The position numbers were made by a program, and so were the translations under genes. 64,000 nt of DNA, taken from Candidatus Altimarinota bacterium (GTDB lineage: Bacteria; Patescibacteriota; Gracilibacteria; CAIRYL01; GCA-016699755). Of the stretch, positions 21,344 to 31,769 are shown piece after piece; position 1 is the stretch's first letter; the number at the start of each line of letters is the position of its first letter. The stretch lies in contig OY760935.1 in the NCBI GenBank assembly GCA_963664295.1, positions 672,001 to 736,000 of the forward strand. Reading direction: 5' to 3'. The notes under the pieces are model-generated. The model ran no database searches and was not told the DNA's origin. It saw nothing but the letters and a program-made list of their open reading frames with translations.

Positions 21344-21949
21344 TTAATTATCCACCTTAAGAAAACCACTCAAAAACTCACCAAGAGCCATAAAAATAGA
21401 AACCAAAAACCAGCTAACAGGCAAAGCAAAAAGCAAAATTACAATCATCATTGAACCCCCAATATTAAAAAGTTGCCAAAAAACCAACATTAAAACAAAA
21501 CCAGCAAAAGCAACACCAGCAAATTCAAAAACTGAAACTTCTTTTGCGGAACGCTCCGCCAAAAGAACACTAATCATTGCAGAAAAAATAAAATACAAAC
21601 CAACAACTCCCAAAGAAGCACCACTTTTAATTAAACTAAAAGGTATAATTGCGAAAAAAAGCAAAATTGTGACCAATAAAGTTTCGAATAAAATTTTCTT
21701 ACGATTAAAAAATTTTTCAGGATTAGCAACAGCAAGAAAAAAACTAGCTAATAAATTAGCAGAAATAGCACCAACAAAGGCAATAACTAAAACTGAAAAA
21801 TTAGAAAAAGCATCATTTTCTATACTACCTGAGGCAGGCAATTGCAAAAGAGCAAAAGCTAATAAAAAAATACAAGTGCCCAAAAAACCACCAGCGGTTG
21901 CCGGCATAATGCGAAAAAATATATCTGTTGCGGAAAGGCGATTTTTCAT
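21344..21949 (-). CDS. Hypothetical polytopic membrane protein
   Basis: About 6 hydrophobic segments. Confidence 0.75.
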   Translation of the reverse strand: MKNRLSATDIFFRIMPATAGGFLGTCIFLLAFALLQLPASGSIENDAFSNFSVLVIAFVGAISANLLASFFLAVANPEKFFNRKKILFETLLVTILLFFAIIPFSLIKSGASLGVVGLYFIFSAMISVLLAERSAKEVSVFEFAGVAFAGFVLMLVFWQLFNIGGSMMIVILLFALPVSWFLVSIFMALGEFLSGFLKVDN

Positions 21950-21966
21950 TATAGTTTTTAACTCCT

Positions 21967-22428
21967 TTATATTATGCCAGATTTTTTATCTTTTTTAAAG
22001 CTGGAAAAAAGCAACAAAAAAGCTCCAATACAAATAAAAAAGTCAGCAAAATTAAAAGAAGGCCAAAAAGAAAAATCAATAAAATCAACAACTTTCCCAA
22101 AAACTACTCTTTCTATTAAATTGGCTATTGCTCCGGCAAAAATCAAAACCCCTGCCCAAAAATTTAATTTATCTAAAGGCAAAGAATAATAAAAATAAAT
22201 TCCCAAACCACCCAAAAGTGCCAAAGATAAAACAATTATTGCCAACTTTGGAAAAGGAATGGAAAAAGCAAGTTGTTCATTATATGATAACTGGAGAGTA
22301 AGAAAATTATCTATTAAAACAACAGGTTTTTGTAAATATTGAACCGCAGAATATTTTGAAACTAAATCAAAAGCCAAAAAAGCTAAAACACCTAAGAAAA
22401 ATCTCATAAAAAAGTAAATCTTATTCAT
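21967..22428 (-). CDS. lspA: Lipoprotein signal peptidase II
   Basis: D..SK, N...AFS, GAIANLIER...G.VVDFI, FNFAD. Confidence 0.9.
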   Translation of the reverse strand: MNKIYFFMRFFLGVLAFLAFDLVSKYSAVQYLQKPVVLIDNFLTLQLSYNEQLAFSIPFPKLAIIVLSLALLGGLGIYFYYSLPLDKLNFWAGVLIFAGAIANLIERVVFGKVVDFIDFSFWPSFNFADFFICIGAFLLLFSSFKKDKKSGII

Positions 22429-22467
22429 ATAATATAAAAAGTATTGATAAATAATGATAGTTTGCTC

Positions 22468-22495
22468 TTGACATTTATATAAAATATAGTAAAGT
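22468..22495 (+). promoter_or_regulatory. Putative sigma70 promoter of the ugd operon
   Basis: TTGACA-16 nt-TAAAGT, 24 nt upstream of the ATG. Confidence 0.5.
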
Positions 22496-22519
22496 TAATA
22501 TCCTTTATCCCTTTAATCA

Positions 22520-23830
22520 ATGAAAGTAACTGTAATTGGCACGGGCTATGTTGGCTTGGTTTCTGGCGCTTGTTTCGCAGAAAAAGGCGCTGATGTTGTT
22601 TGTGTTGATATTGATGAAAACAAGGTAAACAATCTTAAAAAAGGAATTATTCCAATCTATGAGCCTGGGCTTGAAGAAATTGTGAAAAAAAATATTGCCA
22701 GAGGAATGCTAAGTTTTTCTACAAATATTAAAGAAGGTGTGCAACATGGAAAAATTATTTTTTCTGCTGTAGGAACTCCACCAGACAAAGACCATAAAGC
22801 AGACCTAAGCGCAGTAAAGGCAGTTGCCAAAAGCTTTGGTGAAGTTATTGAAGAGCCAAAAATTTTTGTGAATAAATCTACTGTGCCTGTTGGCACTGCA
22901 AAAATTTGCGAAGAAATTATCAATCAAGAAATTGCAAAAAGAGAAAAAAATATTGAATTTAGAGTTGTTTCTAATCCTGAGTTTTTGCGAGAAGGAGTAG
23001 CAGTAAGCGACACACTCTATCCAGAAAGAATTATAGTTGGCACAGAAGATGAACAAATAAAAGCCATTATGAAAAAATTTTATGCACCTTTTGTGTCTGA
23101 GGAAAGACCACTTATTTTTACAAGTGTAAAAAGTGCAGAAATTATCAAGTATGCTTCTAATTCATTTTTAGCTACTAAAATTTCTTTTATTAACGAAGTT
23201 GCAAATTTTTGCGAAAAAAGTGGAGGCAATATAGACCAGGTTGCTTACGGAATGGGCTTTGATAGTAGAATTGGCAAAAAATACCTTCAAGCTGGCATTG
23301 GCTATGGTGGATCTTGTTTACCAAAAGACGTAAAAGCGCTTTTAATGACTGGCAAAAAACATGATTATGATTTTAAAATTCTCTCTGCAGTAGAACAAGT
23401 AAACAAAGAACAAAAACTAAAACCATATCAAATAGCCAAAAAAGAATTTGGCGACTTAAAAGGAAAAAATATTGCCATACTTGGCCTTGCTTTTAAACCA
23501 GACACAGACGATATGCGCGAAGCACCTGCTATTGATGTTGTTAATGCACTTGTTGCTGATGGCGCTTTGGTGCGTGTTTTTGACCCAATTGCCCAAGAAA
23601 ATGCAAAAAAAGATTTGCCTCAAAAAATAGTTTTTACAAAAAACATCAAAGAAGCAGTAGAAAACGCTGATGCTGTTCTTTTTCTAACTGAATGGGGTGA
23701 TTTTTACAATCTCGATCTAGTAGAACTGAAAAATATTTTAAAAGGAGATATAATTATTGATGGAAGAAATATATTTAACCCCGAAGAAGTAAAAAAAATA
23801 GGTTTTAAATATTTTAGCATTGGTAGGTAA
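22520..23830 (+). CDS. ugd: UDP-glucose 6-dehydrogenase
   Basis: GTGYVGL, NKSTVPVGT, SNPEFLREG, GYGGSCLPKD, GLAFKPDTDDMRE. Confidence 0.95.
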   Translation: MKVTVIGTGYVGLVSGACFAEKGADVVCVDIDENKVNNLKKGIIPIYEPGLEEIVKKNIARGMLSFSTNIKEGVQHGKIIFSAVGTPPDKDHKADLSAVKAVAKSFGEVIEEPKIFVNKSTVPVGTAKICEEIINQEIAKREKNIEFRVVSNPEFLREGVAVSDTLYPERIIVGTEDEQIKAIMKKFYAPFVSEERPLIFTSVKSAEIIKYASNSFLATKISFINEVANFCEKSGGNIDQVAYGMGFDSRIGKKYLQAGIGYGGSCLPKDVKALLMTGKKHDYDFKILSAVEQVNKEQKLKPYQIAKKEFGDLKGKNIAILGLAFKPDTDDMREAPAIDVVNALVADGALVRVFDPIAQENAKKDLPQKIVFTKNIKEAVENADAVLFLTEWGDFYNLDLVELKNILKGDIIIDGRNIFNPEEVKKIGFKYFSIGR

Positions 23831-24789
23831 TGAAAATTCTTGTCACAGGTGTTGCAGGATTTATAGGCTCACACACAGCAAAAAAACTTCTCCAAAAAGG
23901 TGATGAAGTTGTTGGTTTGGATAATTTTAATGATTATTACAATCCAAAAATAAAAGAAAAAAATGCACAAGAACTAAGTGAATTTAAAAACTTTAAGTTA
24001 ATTCGAGGTGATATTTTGGATTATGGGCTTTTAGAAAAACTTTTTGAACAAGAAAAATTTGATAAAGTTTGTCACCTAGCAGCAAGGGCAGGCGTACGTC
24101 CAAGCATTGAAGATCCTTTTTTGTATGAAGAGGTTAATGTACGTGGCACTCTTAATCTGCTTGAGCTTTCCCGCCAACATAATATTAAAAACTTTGTTTT
24201 TGCTTCTTCATCTTCTGTATATGGTGAAAGCAAAACAATCCCCTTTTCCGAGGAACAAAAATTGGACAACCCTATTTCGCCTTATGCGGCCACAAAAAAA
24301 TCCAACGAAAATTTTGCCTATACTTATAGCAATTTATATAATCTCCCTTGCGTTGGCTTGAGATATTTTACTGTTTATGGACCTTCCGGTAGGCCAGATA
24401 TGGCACCTTTTTTGTTTACTAAATGGATTTATGAAGGCAAACCTTTGAAAAGATTTGGTGATGGCTCCACAGCAAGAGATTATACTTTTGTTGATGATAT
24501 TGCTAATGGCACTATTTCTGCCCTTGATTTTAAAACTAACTTTGAAATTTTTAACCTTGGCAATGGGTCACCTGTAAAATTAAATGACTTCATTGCTATT
24601 ATTGAAAAAAAACTTGGCAAAAAAGCAATAATTCAAGAAGCACCAATGCAAGCTGGTGATGTGCCTATTACTTATGCTGATACAAGCAAAGCAAAAAAAT
24701 TACTTAACTTTGAGGCAAAGGTCAGTATTGAACAAGGAATAGATATTTTTGCAGATTGGTTTAAAAAAAATTACAATCTTTTTAATTAA
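23830..24789 (+). CDS. UDP-glucuronate 4-epimerase (extended SDR)
   Basis: TGVAGFIG, HLAARAGVR, YAATKK, GRPDMA. Confidence 0.9.
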   Translation: MKILVTGVAGFIGSHTAKKLLQKGDEVVGLDNFNDYYNPKIKEKNAQELSEFKNFKLIRGDILDYGLLEKLFEQEKFDKVCHLAARAGVRPSIEDPFLYEEVNVRGTLNLLELSRQHNIKNFVFASSSSVYGESKTIPFSEEQKLDNPISPYAATKKSNENFAYTYSNLYNLPCVGLRYFTVYGPSGRPDMAPFLFTKWIYEGKPLKRFGDGSTARDYTFVDDIANGTISALDFKTNFEIFNLGNGSPVKLNDFIAIIEKKLGKKAIIQEAPMQAGDVPITYADTSKAKKLLNFEAKVSIEQGIDIFADWFKKNYNLFN

Positions 24790-25178
24790 AGATCTTCTAG
24801 CTCACTCAAAAGATTTTCTGCTTCTTCCTGAACTTCTTCTTGGTGTTCTGCTTCTGCCTGCTTTCTTTCTTGGCGTTTTTTTTGCCTTTCTTCTTCGGCT
24901 TTTTTTAAATCTTCTTCACTAATCTCTGGAGCTTCATCTGTATTTTGGTCATATTTTTTATCAATTTCTTTAATTTTTTTCTGTTCACTGGTAAGAATGT
25001 CTCTTAATTCTGCAACTTGATCATCAGACATAACAGGTAAAACAGAAAACCAATATTTCCGCTCATCATCGTCCATGGAAATACTTTTTAAAATCATATC
25101 CACCAGATCAGGATATTTTTCTTTTACCTCTTCTGGTATTTCTATTGTTGTGCCTGAATTTTGATTTGCGTCTGTCAT
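24786..25178 (-). CDS. Acidic helical hypothetical protein
   Basis: LVDMILKSISMDDDERKYWF..LPVM core plus coiled tail; resembles a recurrent CPR hypothetical (from memory, unverified). Confidence 0.75.
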   Translation of the reverse strand: MTDANQNSGTTIEIPEEVKEKYPDLVDMILKSISMDDDERKYWFSVLPVMSDDQVAELRDILTSEQKKIKEIDKKYDQNTDEAPEISEEDLKKAEEERQKKRQERKQAEAEHQEEVQEEAENLLSELEDL

Positions 25179-25221
25179 ATGCTTTTATTTCTTTATATTA
25201 TCTCAAAAAATTACCAAAAAA

Positions 25222-26091
25222 TCAAACTGCCTTTTTCCAAATTTTCACATTCCTTTTAATTAAAAAAGCGTGAGAAAGAAACAAAAATCCAGCCATCAAT
25301 ATTGGAACAACCAAAAAAGTCAAAGAATGGCCAAAAACCTCAATTTCTATCAAAAGATTAAAAACTGTATGCAGAATTATTGCCATTAAAAGCGCCTCTG
25401 CTACTAACTCTCTTTTTTCATGACCTTCTGGAGAAGGTTCGCCTTTAAGAATGTGCTGAAAAATAATATGAAACCTAATTGTTTCCCAAAATTTATGGAA
25501 AACTTTCTTAACAGAAACAGTATGATGAGGGGTAATTTTCATAGACAAAAAGGCATAACCCCAAAAAAGACCAAAAACACCGGAAAAAATAGTGTGTCCC
25601 ATCATAGTGCCAAAACTTCTAAAAGCAAAAATTGGCCAAAAAGATTGGCTGATGCCATTTGTTATTAAAGCTTCAAAAAAATAAAAAATATTCTCCATAA
25701 AAGCAAAACCAAGCGCAGCAGAAACAGAATAAATAACTCCATCTACTATTTGATTAAACTCTATTTTTAAGCGACTACCTAGCTCTAAAACTGCTATGTG
25801 TTTTAATCCTTCCTCCAAAACCGCCAACAAAAAAGTTGCTACCACAACAGAAATATAAAAAGTTTTGCCTGCAAAAGTATTCCAAAATTCCATTAAATTT
25901 GGCGAATGATTAAGCACATGACCAATTCCCAAGATTGGCAAAATAGCCAAACAGCCATAAATAAAACTGCGTGCAATCATTTTTTTTGGTTCTGGCTCTT
26001 TTGAGTCTTTTTTGTACCACAAAACAAGCCACAATAAAGCTGGCGCAAGAGCAAAGAAAAAAGCCAAAAAATGAATTAAATAATCTTTCAT
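25222..26091 (-). CDS. PrsW family intramembrane glutamic protease
   Basis: EPEP, EEGLK, ALGFAFMEN, H..FSG..G, LHTVFN motifs. Confidence 0.9.
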   Translation of the reverse strand: MKDYLIHFLAFFFALAPALLWLVLWYKKDSKEPEPKKMIARSFIYGCLAILPILGIGHVLNHSPNLMEFWNTFAGKTFYISVVVATFLLAVLEEGLKHIAVLELGSRLKIEFNQIVDGVIYSVSAALGFAFMENIFYFFEALITNGISQSFWPIFAFRSFGTMMGHTIFSGVFGLFWGYAFLSMKITPHHTVSVKKVFHKFWETIRFHIIFQHILKGEPSPEGHEKRELVAEALLMAIILHTVFNLLIEIEVFGHSLTFLVVPILMAGFLFLSHAFLIKRNVKIWKKAV

Positions 26092-26142
26092 CTTATTATG
26101 ATAGCATTTTTCGCTTAATAAAGCGAGAAAAAGCCTATAATT

Positions 26143-27621
26143 TTATTTAGTTTTGTAGATATTTTTAATTTTAAAAGCTTTTTTTCTAATTAAAAAATAA
26201 ACACCAATTAGGGCTACAATAAGAGCAATTATGATAAAATAAATTTCCAAGTCAGTTGGATAAACCATAATTTCTATTATTCTTTCTCTGCTTTCGTCTT
26301 TTATGTCTGTGACTTTTAAAATAATCTTATTTTTACCTATTTTTCTGAGTTTCTGCTCAAAAATTGCTTCTGTTTTTACTTCATCACCTGGAAATTGCCA
26401 TAAAAACTCTAATTCTCCTCCCTCTGGGTCACGTGAGCCACCAGCATTAAAAGAAATAATATCATTTTTTTGCACCGAAGTATCAGAAATAAGTAACATA
26501 ATTTCTGGCCCTTTGTTTTTATCGTTTGGATCAGCATTATCACCTAGCCCATCATTATCTGAATCTTGTGATTCGTTTTTATCAAGAGGAAAAGCATCTT
26601 CGCCGTCTATTACGCCGTCTTTATCTGTGTCTTGTTTGAGTGGGTTTGTGCCTATTGCCAATTCTTTTTCATCTTCCAATTTATCATTATCGTCGTCTTT
26701 GTCTGCGTTATCCCCTATGCCGTCTTTGTCTTTGTCTTCCCATTCTGTTGCATCAAGCGGAAAAACATCTTTTTTGTCTTTAATCCCATCATTATCGTCA
26801 TCATCATCTTCATTGTTATCTATTCCATCTCCATCTGTATCAAAGCCTTTTTTGTTATCTAAAGGAAAATCATCTTCACTGTCTATTATTCCATCTTCAT
26901 CTGTGTCTGCCTTTAGAGGATCTGTGCCTTTTAATTTTTCTCCTTCATCAGAAACACCATCATTATCATCGTCTTGATCTTCGTTATTGCCTATTCCATC
27001 GTTATCTGAGTCTTCTGTTTCATTGGGATTATTTGGAAAAGCATCGATGAGGTCAGGAACCGTATCATTATCGTCATCTTCGTCTTTGTTGTCACCTTCT
27101 CCGTCATTATCAGAATCCTGCCATTCCGCAGGATTTAATGGAAATTTGTCTTCACCATCATTCACACCATCACCATCATCGTCATTATCTTTGCGGTTAG
27201 GCACGCCATCAGCATCTGTGTCTAAATCCACATAATAATTTATTATTATTTTATTATTAATTGTGTTGTCCCCTACTTCTTCCCAAGGAATTATTTTTAC
27301 TGCCAACGTGTGTTCACCCTCCACGCTTGGCATAAAATCAACAAAAACATCACCACTGGAATTACCAAGAGCAGTAATAGACTGATCACCGCCAACAAAA
27401 ACTCCTTCTGTTTCATCAAAAACCTTAACAACACCTTTAAGTGGCTCACTAGAGCTATTATTTACTTTTACAAAAATTCTTAAATTTTGACCCAAAATAG
27501 GATCAATTGGAGAAAAAGTAATAGATTGTGTGCTCACACTTAAATCAGCAGAGCAAAAACAAGTTCCAACTAAAAAAAATAGGAAAAAAGAAATTATTTT
27601 AAAAATTTTTTGTTTATACAT
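26143..27621 (-). CDS. Cell-surface Ca-binding protein: signal peptide, CARDB/Ig domain, thrombospondin type-3-like repeats, PKD domain, C-terminal TM anchor
   Basis: Many D.D.DG..D..D.FP.D repeats; FNAGGSRDPEG..L.F.W (PKD); hydrophobic C-terminus with basic tail. Confidence 0.85.
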   Translation of the reverse strand: MYKQKIFKIISFFLFFLVGTCFCSADLSVSTQSITFSPIDPILGQNLRIFVKVNNSSSEPLKGVVKVFDETEGVFVGGDQSITALGNSSGDVFVDFMPSVEGEHTLAVKIIPWEEVGDNTINNKIIINYYVDLDTDADGVPNRKDNDDDGDGVNDGEDKFPLNPAEWQDSDNDGEGDNKDEDDDNDTVPDLIDAFPNNPNETEDSDNDGIGNNEDQDDDNDGVSDEGEKLKGTDPLKADTDEDGIIDSEDDFPLDNKKGFDTDGDGIDNNEDDDDDNDGIKDKKDVFPLDATEWEDKDKDGIGDNADKDDDNDKLEDEKELAIGTNPLKQDTDKDGVIDGEDAFPLDKNESQDSDNDGLGDNADPNDKNKGPEIMLLISDTSVQKNDIISFNAGGSRDPEGGELEFLWQFPGDEVKTEAIFEQKLRKIGKNKIILKVTDIKDESRERIIEIMVYPTDLEIYFIIIALIVALIGVYFLIRKKAFKIKNIYKTK

Positions 27622-27666
27622 ACCTAAAATTTGCCAAAATAAAGCTCTAATGTCAAAATTAAAACA

Positions 27667-28557
27667 ATGGATAAATTAAATAAATTTAAAAAAATCAAAG
27701 CAGGAATTTTTTCAATTCTTACTGCCTTATTTCTAGCTTGTTTTAAGATTGTGGTTTTTGCTCTTTCTGGCTCTGTGGCTATTTTAGCTAGTGCACTTGA
27801 TTCTGTTTTGGATATGTTTGTTTCTACTATCAACCTTGTTGCCATTCGTGAAGCAGAAAAACCACCCGACAAAGACCACTCTTATGGTCATGGCAAAATT
27901 GAAGCTGTGGCTGGATTTTTTCAATCTATTTTGATTTTTGGCTCTGGTGTTTATCTTTTTTATGAATCTTTTTTGCTTCTAATCAATCCTCAGCCAATAG
28001 TTCATTCTTCTTACGGAATTTTAGTAATGATTGTTGCTATTTTTGCTACCTATTTTCTTTCTAGATATCTCCATAAAACAGCAAAAGAAACTAATTCACT
28101 TGTTCTTCATTCAGACAGGCTTCATTTCATTACTGATCTTTGGCGTGATTTAGCTGTTATTATTTCTTTAGTAATTATTTATTTTTTTAATTTCTACAGA
28201 CTAGACAGTATTATTGGCTTAATGATTTCTTTTTATATTGCTATTTCTTCTTTAAAAATTTTTAAAGAATCTTTTGATATTCTCACAGACCGAGAGCTTA
28301 ATAGTATTTTTCGACAAACAATTATTCAAGAAATCAACAATTTTTATCCAGAAATTAAAAGTTTTCATGGGCTCAAAACCAGAAAATCTGGTAATGAAAA
28401 ATTTGTGGACTTTGATTTGGTTTTTAATGAGGATATTTCACTCAAAAAAGCTCATGAAATAGCAGAAAAACTAACTCAAAAAATAAAAAATAAAATAGAT
28501 AACATCAAAGTAATGATCCACTTTGACACTTATGACGACAGCAAAAAAGATGATTAA
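27667..28557 (+). CDS. Cation diffusion facilitator transporter (FieF-like)
   Basis: SGSVAILASALDS..D, PPD..H.YGHGK.E, H...D, AHEI. Confidence 0.92.
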   Translation: MDKLNKFKKIKAGIFSILTALFLACFKIVVFALSGSVAILASALDSVLDMFVSTINLVAIREAEKPPDKDHSYGHGKIEAVAGFFQSILIFGSGVYLFYESFLLLINPQPIVHSSYGILVMIVAIFATYFLSRYLHKTAKETNSLVLHSDRLHFITDLWRDLAVIISLVIIYFFNFYRLDSIIGLMISFYIAISSLKIFKESFDILTDRELNSIFRQTIIQEINNFYPEIKSFHGLKTRKSGNEKFVDFDLVFNEDISLKKAHEIAEKLTQKIKNKIDNIKVMIHFDTYDDSKKDD

Positions 28558-29738
28558 CTAAAGGCTTTTTTGATTTTTTCCATAGCTTTTTCGCAAGTTT
28601 CTTCATCAGGAACAAGTGCAAAACGCACGTATCTACTGCCAGGATTTATACCATCAATGGTACTAGAAATCCACTCTCCAGGAGTGACAATAACGCCAAT
28701 TTCCGGAGCAAGAAGAGCTTTTGCAAAATCCACAGAATTTTCATAATTATCTGGTATTTTCTGCCAAAAATAAAAAGTGCTTTCTGGCGAACAATCTTTC
28801 CAGCCAATAGAAGAAAAGGTGTCTTTTAAAATTTTTCTTCTATTTCTATATTTTTCACGCATTTCTGCTACATGATTTTCGTCTTCGAGTGCGGATATTC
28901 CTGCATCTTGAACAAAAGTTGGTGTACCAGAATCCACATTAGTTTTTACTTTTTTAAAAGCAGTAATAATATCTGCATTACCAGCAACCCAGCCAACTCT
29001 GTAGCAAGTCATATTTGATCTTTTGGAAAGAGAATGAAAAGTCACAACAGGGTCATTTTTTTCACAATATTCCAAAATAGAATGTGGCTTATCTTCTTCA
29101 TTAAAATAAATCTCTGTATAACACTCATCGCTAGCAATAATCACATCGTATTTTTTGCCAAATTCAATTGCTTTTCTAAAAAATTCTTCAGTAGCCTGCA
29201 CTCCGCAAGGATTAGAAGGATAATTAATCCACATTATTTTCGCTCTTTTTGCTGTTTCTTCTGGTATTGAATCAATATCCATTAAAAAATTATTTTCTTC
29301 CAAAAGAGGTAAAAAATAATTTTCTCCACCAGCAAACAAAGTCCCTCTTTCATAAGGCGGATAGCCAGGGTTAGGACTAATCACTACGTCACCTTCGTTA
29401 AGATAAGCTAATGGAAAATGAAAAACAGCTTCTTTTGAACCAATACTTGAAGTTATTTCTGTTTCTGGATTAAGCTCAACTCCAAAACGATTTTTTGTCC
29501 AATTAGCAATGGTTTGCAAAAATTTCTTATCACCAGCATAAGACGGATAACCAGCAGACTTGCGATCATCTACTGCTTTTTTGCAAGCAGAGCGAATAAT
29601 CTCCGGAGTAGGATCAATAGGATCACCAACACCAAAGTCAATTGGCTCAATTCCTTGTTCTTTTAATTTTTGCACCTTCTGATTAACTTCATCAAAAGCA
29701 TAAAAACCAAGACTGTTTAGCTTTGAGGATACTTCCAT
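28554..29738 (-). CDS. PLP class I/II aminotransferase, LL-diaminopimelate aminotransferase-like
   Basis: DFGVGDP, IGSKEA, NYPSNP, DECY, SLSKRSNMTCYRVG, KTNVDSG. Confidence 0.85.
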   Translation of the reverse strand: MEVSSKLNSLGFYAFDEVNQKVQKLKEQGIEPIDFGVGDPIDPTPEIIRSACKKAVDDRKSAGYPSYAGDKKFLQTIANWTKNRFGVELNPETEITSSIGSKEAVFHFPLAYLNEGDVVISPNPGYPPYERGTLFAGGENYFLPLLEENNFLMDIDSIPEETAKRAKIMWINYPSNPCGVQATEEFFRKAIEFGKKYDVIIASDECYTEIYFNEEDKPHSILEYCEKNDPVVTFHSLSKRSNMTCYRVGWVAGNADIITAFKKVKTNVDSGTPTFVQDAGISALEDENHVAEMREKYRNRRKILKDTFSSIGWKDCSPESTFYFWQKIPDNYENSVDFAKALLAPEIGVIVTPGEWISSTIDGINPGSRYVRFALVPDEETCEKAMEKIKKAFS

Positions 29739-29755
29739 TTTACTGTAATAAAAAT

Positions 29756-31648
29756 TTAAAGACCCCAGAATTTTACAATCAAAAGAGTGCTAATTACAAC
29801 CAATATTATACTCAAAGGAGCACCAACTTTGAAAAAATCTTTAAATTTATAATTACCAGCACTAAAAATCATTGCATTTGTCTGATAGCCCACAGGGGTT
29901 AAAAAAGTCATCGAAGAAGCAAAAATAACCGCAAGAACAAAAGAAAAGGGATTTAGTTCTAACTTTTCTGCAACAGAAAGAGCAATAGGAATAAGCAAAA
30001 TAACCGAAGCATTATTGGAAATAATTGAGGTTAAAAAGAGAGTAAAAAGAGAAAAAATACCCAAAATAAAAATAGGTGGTAAAAAATTAGCTAAAAATAA
30101 AATAATTTTTGCCACTTCTTCTGCGGCGCCACTCTTTTCAAGAGCAATTCCCAAGGGTATAACACCAGCTAAAACAAAAATAATATTCCAATTAACATTG
30201 GTACGAAAGCTTTTAAAATCAAGACAATTAGCAAAAATCATCAACAAAACGCCAGTTAGCGAAGAAACCATAATTGGCATAATTCTTAAGGCAGAAACAA
30301 TAACAACACCAATAACAATAGCCATTGCTGTCCACATTTTTTCAGTATTAAATTCTTTTTCTACAGTTTCTAAAACAACAAAATCATTGGAATTTTGTAT
30401 CTCTGTCAAAGTTTGCTTATTTGTTTTTATTAAAATAATTTCTCCTGTTTTAAGGGGCATATTACTAAGCCTTTTTTCACTCACGTCATCTCTTTGTATG
30501 CCTACCACTGTTGCATTAAATTTTTTCCAAAAATTTATTGCTGAAAGTGATTTTTGGTGAAACATAGTTGAAGATCTAACAACTACTTTGACTATTTGAC
30601 CTGTGCCAGCAGGAAAGCGCTTTTTTGTTTCATCAAAATCAAGAAGAAGTTTAATTCCATCTTTGCTGTTTTTATCTAAATCAAATATTCTTTGTTCATC
30701 AGCTTTGATTAAGACAATATCTCCCTCTTCTAAGGGCATATTTTCACAATCTTTCACAAAAGAATTATCACCTCTAATTAACTTTATTACTTTAAGTTCA
30801 TTTTTTTCTAAAAAACCTGATTTTTTTAAGCTTTTTTTAATCAATTTTGATCCTTTTTCAATAATAATTTCTGCTAAAAAATCATTTTCAATTTCATTTT
30901 CTTCATTATTTTTTTCTGCTCCGCTATAAGGCAACAAAAACCTGCCAAAAAACACAAAAAAGGCAATAGTTGCCAAAAGCATGATTATACCTAAGTTAGT
31001 AAACTCAAACATTTCTATTGCCGGAAAGCCAGAGCTTTCCAAGATGCTACTTGCCAAAATATTAGTTGAATTACCAATCAAGGTTAATGTGCCACCAGAC
31101 ATAGCAACAAAAGAAAGTGGTATCAACAAGCGACCTGATGGAATTTTTGATCTTTTTGCAAGATCTAAGACCATAGGCAACATAATAGCCACCAAAGCGG
31201 TATTGTTTACAAATGCAGACATGGGCCCAACTATCATAGAAATAGCCAAAATCTGTTTTAGCTCGTTATTGCCTGCAAAAGAAAAAATATGTCGACCAAG
31301 AATATGAATTATGCCTGTTTTTTGGATACCAGCAGACAAAATAAACATAGCCATAACTGTTATTGTGGCTGAATTGGAAAATCCAGAAACACCCTCTGTT
31401 GGAGTCACTATATTAAAAATCATCAAAACCACCATAATCAAAAAAGCTGTCAACTCGATTGGCAGTTTTTCAGTTGTAAATAAGTACAAAGCACCAACAA
31501 TAATTACAAAAACACGAAAAATATCGCCACAATTGATTAAGGTAAAAAGCAACAAAGCAATCCCTATGGTTATTAAAACTAATCTTATTTCTTTTTTGTG
31601 CTTTGAGGGCTTTTTAATTATAGAAGCCAACGATGTCATGAATGACAT
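29756..31648 (-). CDS. SLC13/DASS family permease with two TrkA-C domains
   Basis: SAFVNNT, GGTLTLIGNSTN, ISNNA, TPVGYQTN. Confidence 0.9.
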   Translation of the reverse strand: MSFMTSLASIIKKPSKHKKEIRLVLITIGIALLLFTLINCGDIFRVFVIIVGALYLFTTEKLPIELTAFLIMVVLMIFNIVTPTEGVSGFSNSATITVMAMFILSAGIQKTGIIHILGRHIFSFAGNNELKQILAISMIVGPMSAFVNNTALVAIMLPMVLDLAKRSKIPSGRLLIPLSFVAMSGGTLTLIGNSTNILASSILESSGFPAIEMFEFTNLGIIMLLATIAFFVFFGRFLLPYSGAEKNNEENEIENDFLAEIIIEKGSKLIKKSLKKSGFLEKNELKVIKLIRGDNSFVKDCENMPLEEGDIVLIKADEQRIFDLDKNSKDGIKLLLDFDETKKRFPAGTGQIVKVVVRSSTMFHQKSLSAINFWKKFNATVVGIQRDDVSEKRLSNMPLKTGEIILIKTNKQTLTEIQNSNDFVVLETVEKEFNTEKMWTAMAIVIGVVIVSALRIMPIMVSSLTGVLLMIFANCLDFKSFRTNVNWNIIFVLAGVIPLGIALEKSGAAEEVAKIILFLANFLPPIFILGIFSLFTLFLTSIISNNASVILLIPIALSVAEKLELNPFSFVLAVIFASSMTFLTPVGYQTNAMIFSAGNYKFKDFFKVGAPLSIILVVISTLLIVKFWGL

Positions 31649-31769
31649 ATTCTTTGGATAAATTCCTCAAGCTATTTTCTCATAATCAAAAACAAAAGCA
31701 ACTAAGCTGACTTGCTAATAATTGAGATTTTTGGCAAAAAATGTTAAAATTAAATAAATTAAAAAACAA

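Noticed and set aside
26303-27235. Ser-rich plus-strand ORFs and other antisense ORFs (e.g. 30015-31661, 51916-53124, 60802-61383)
   Set aside because: Shadow frames of well-supported opposite-strand genes.
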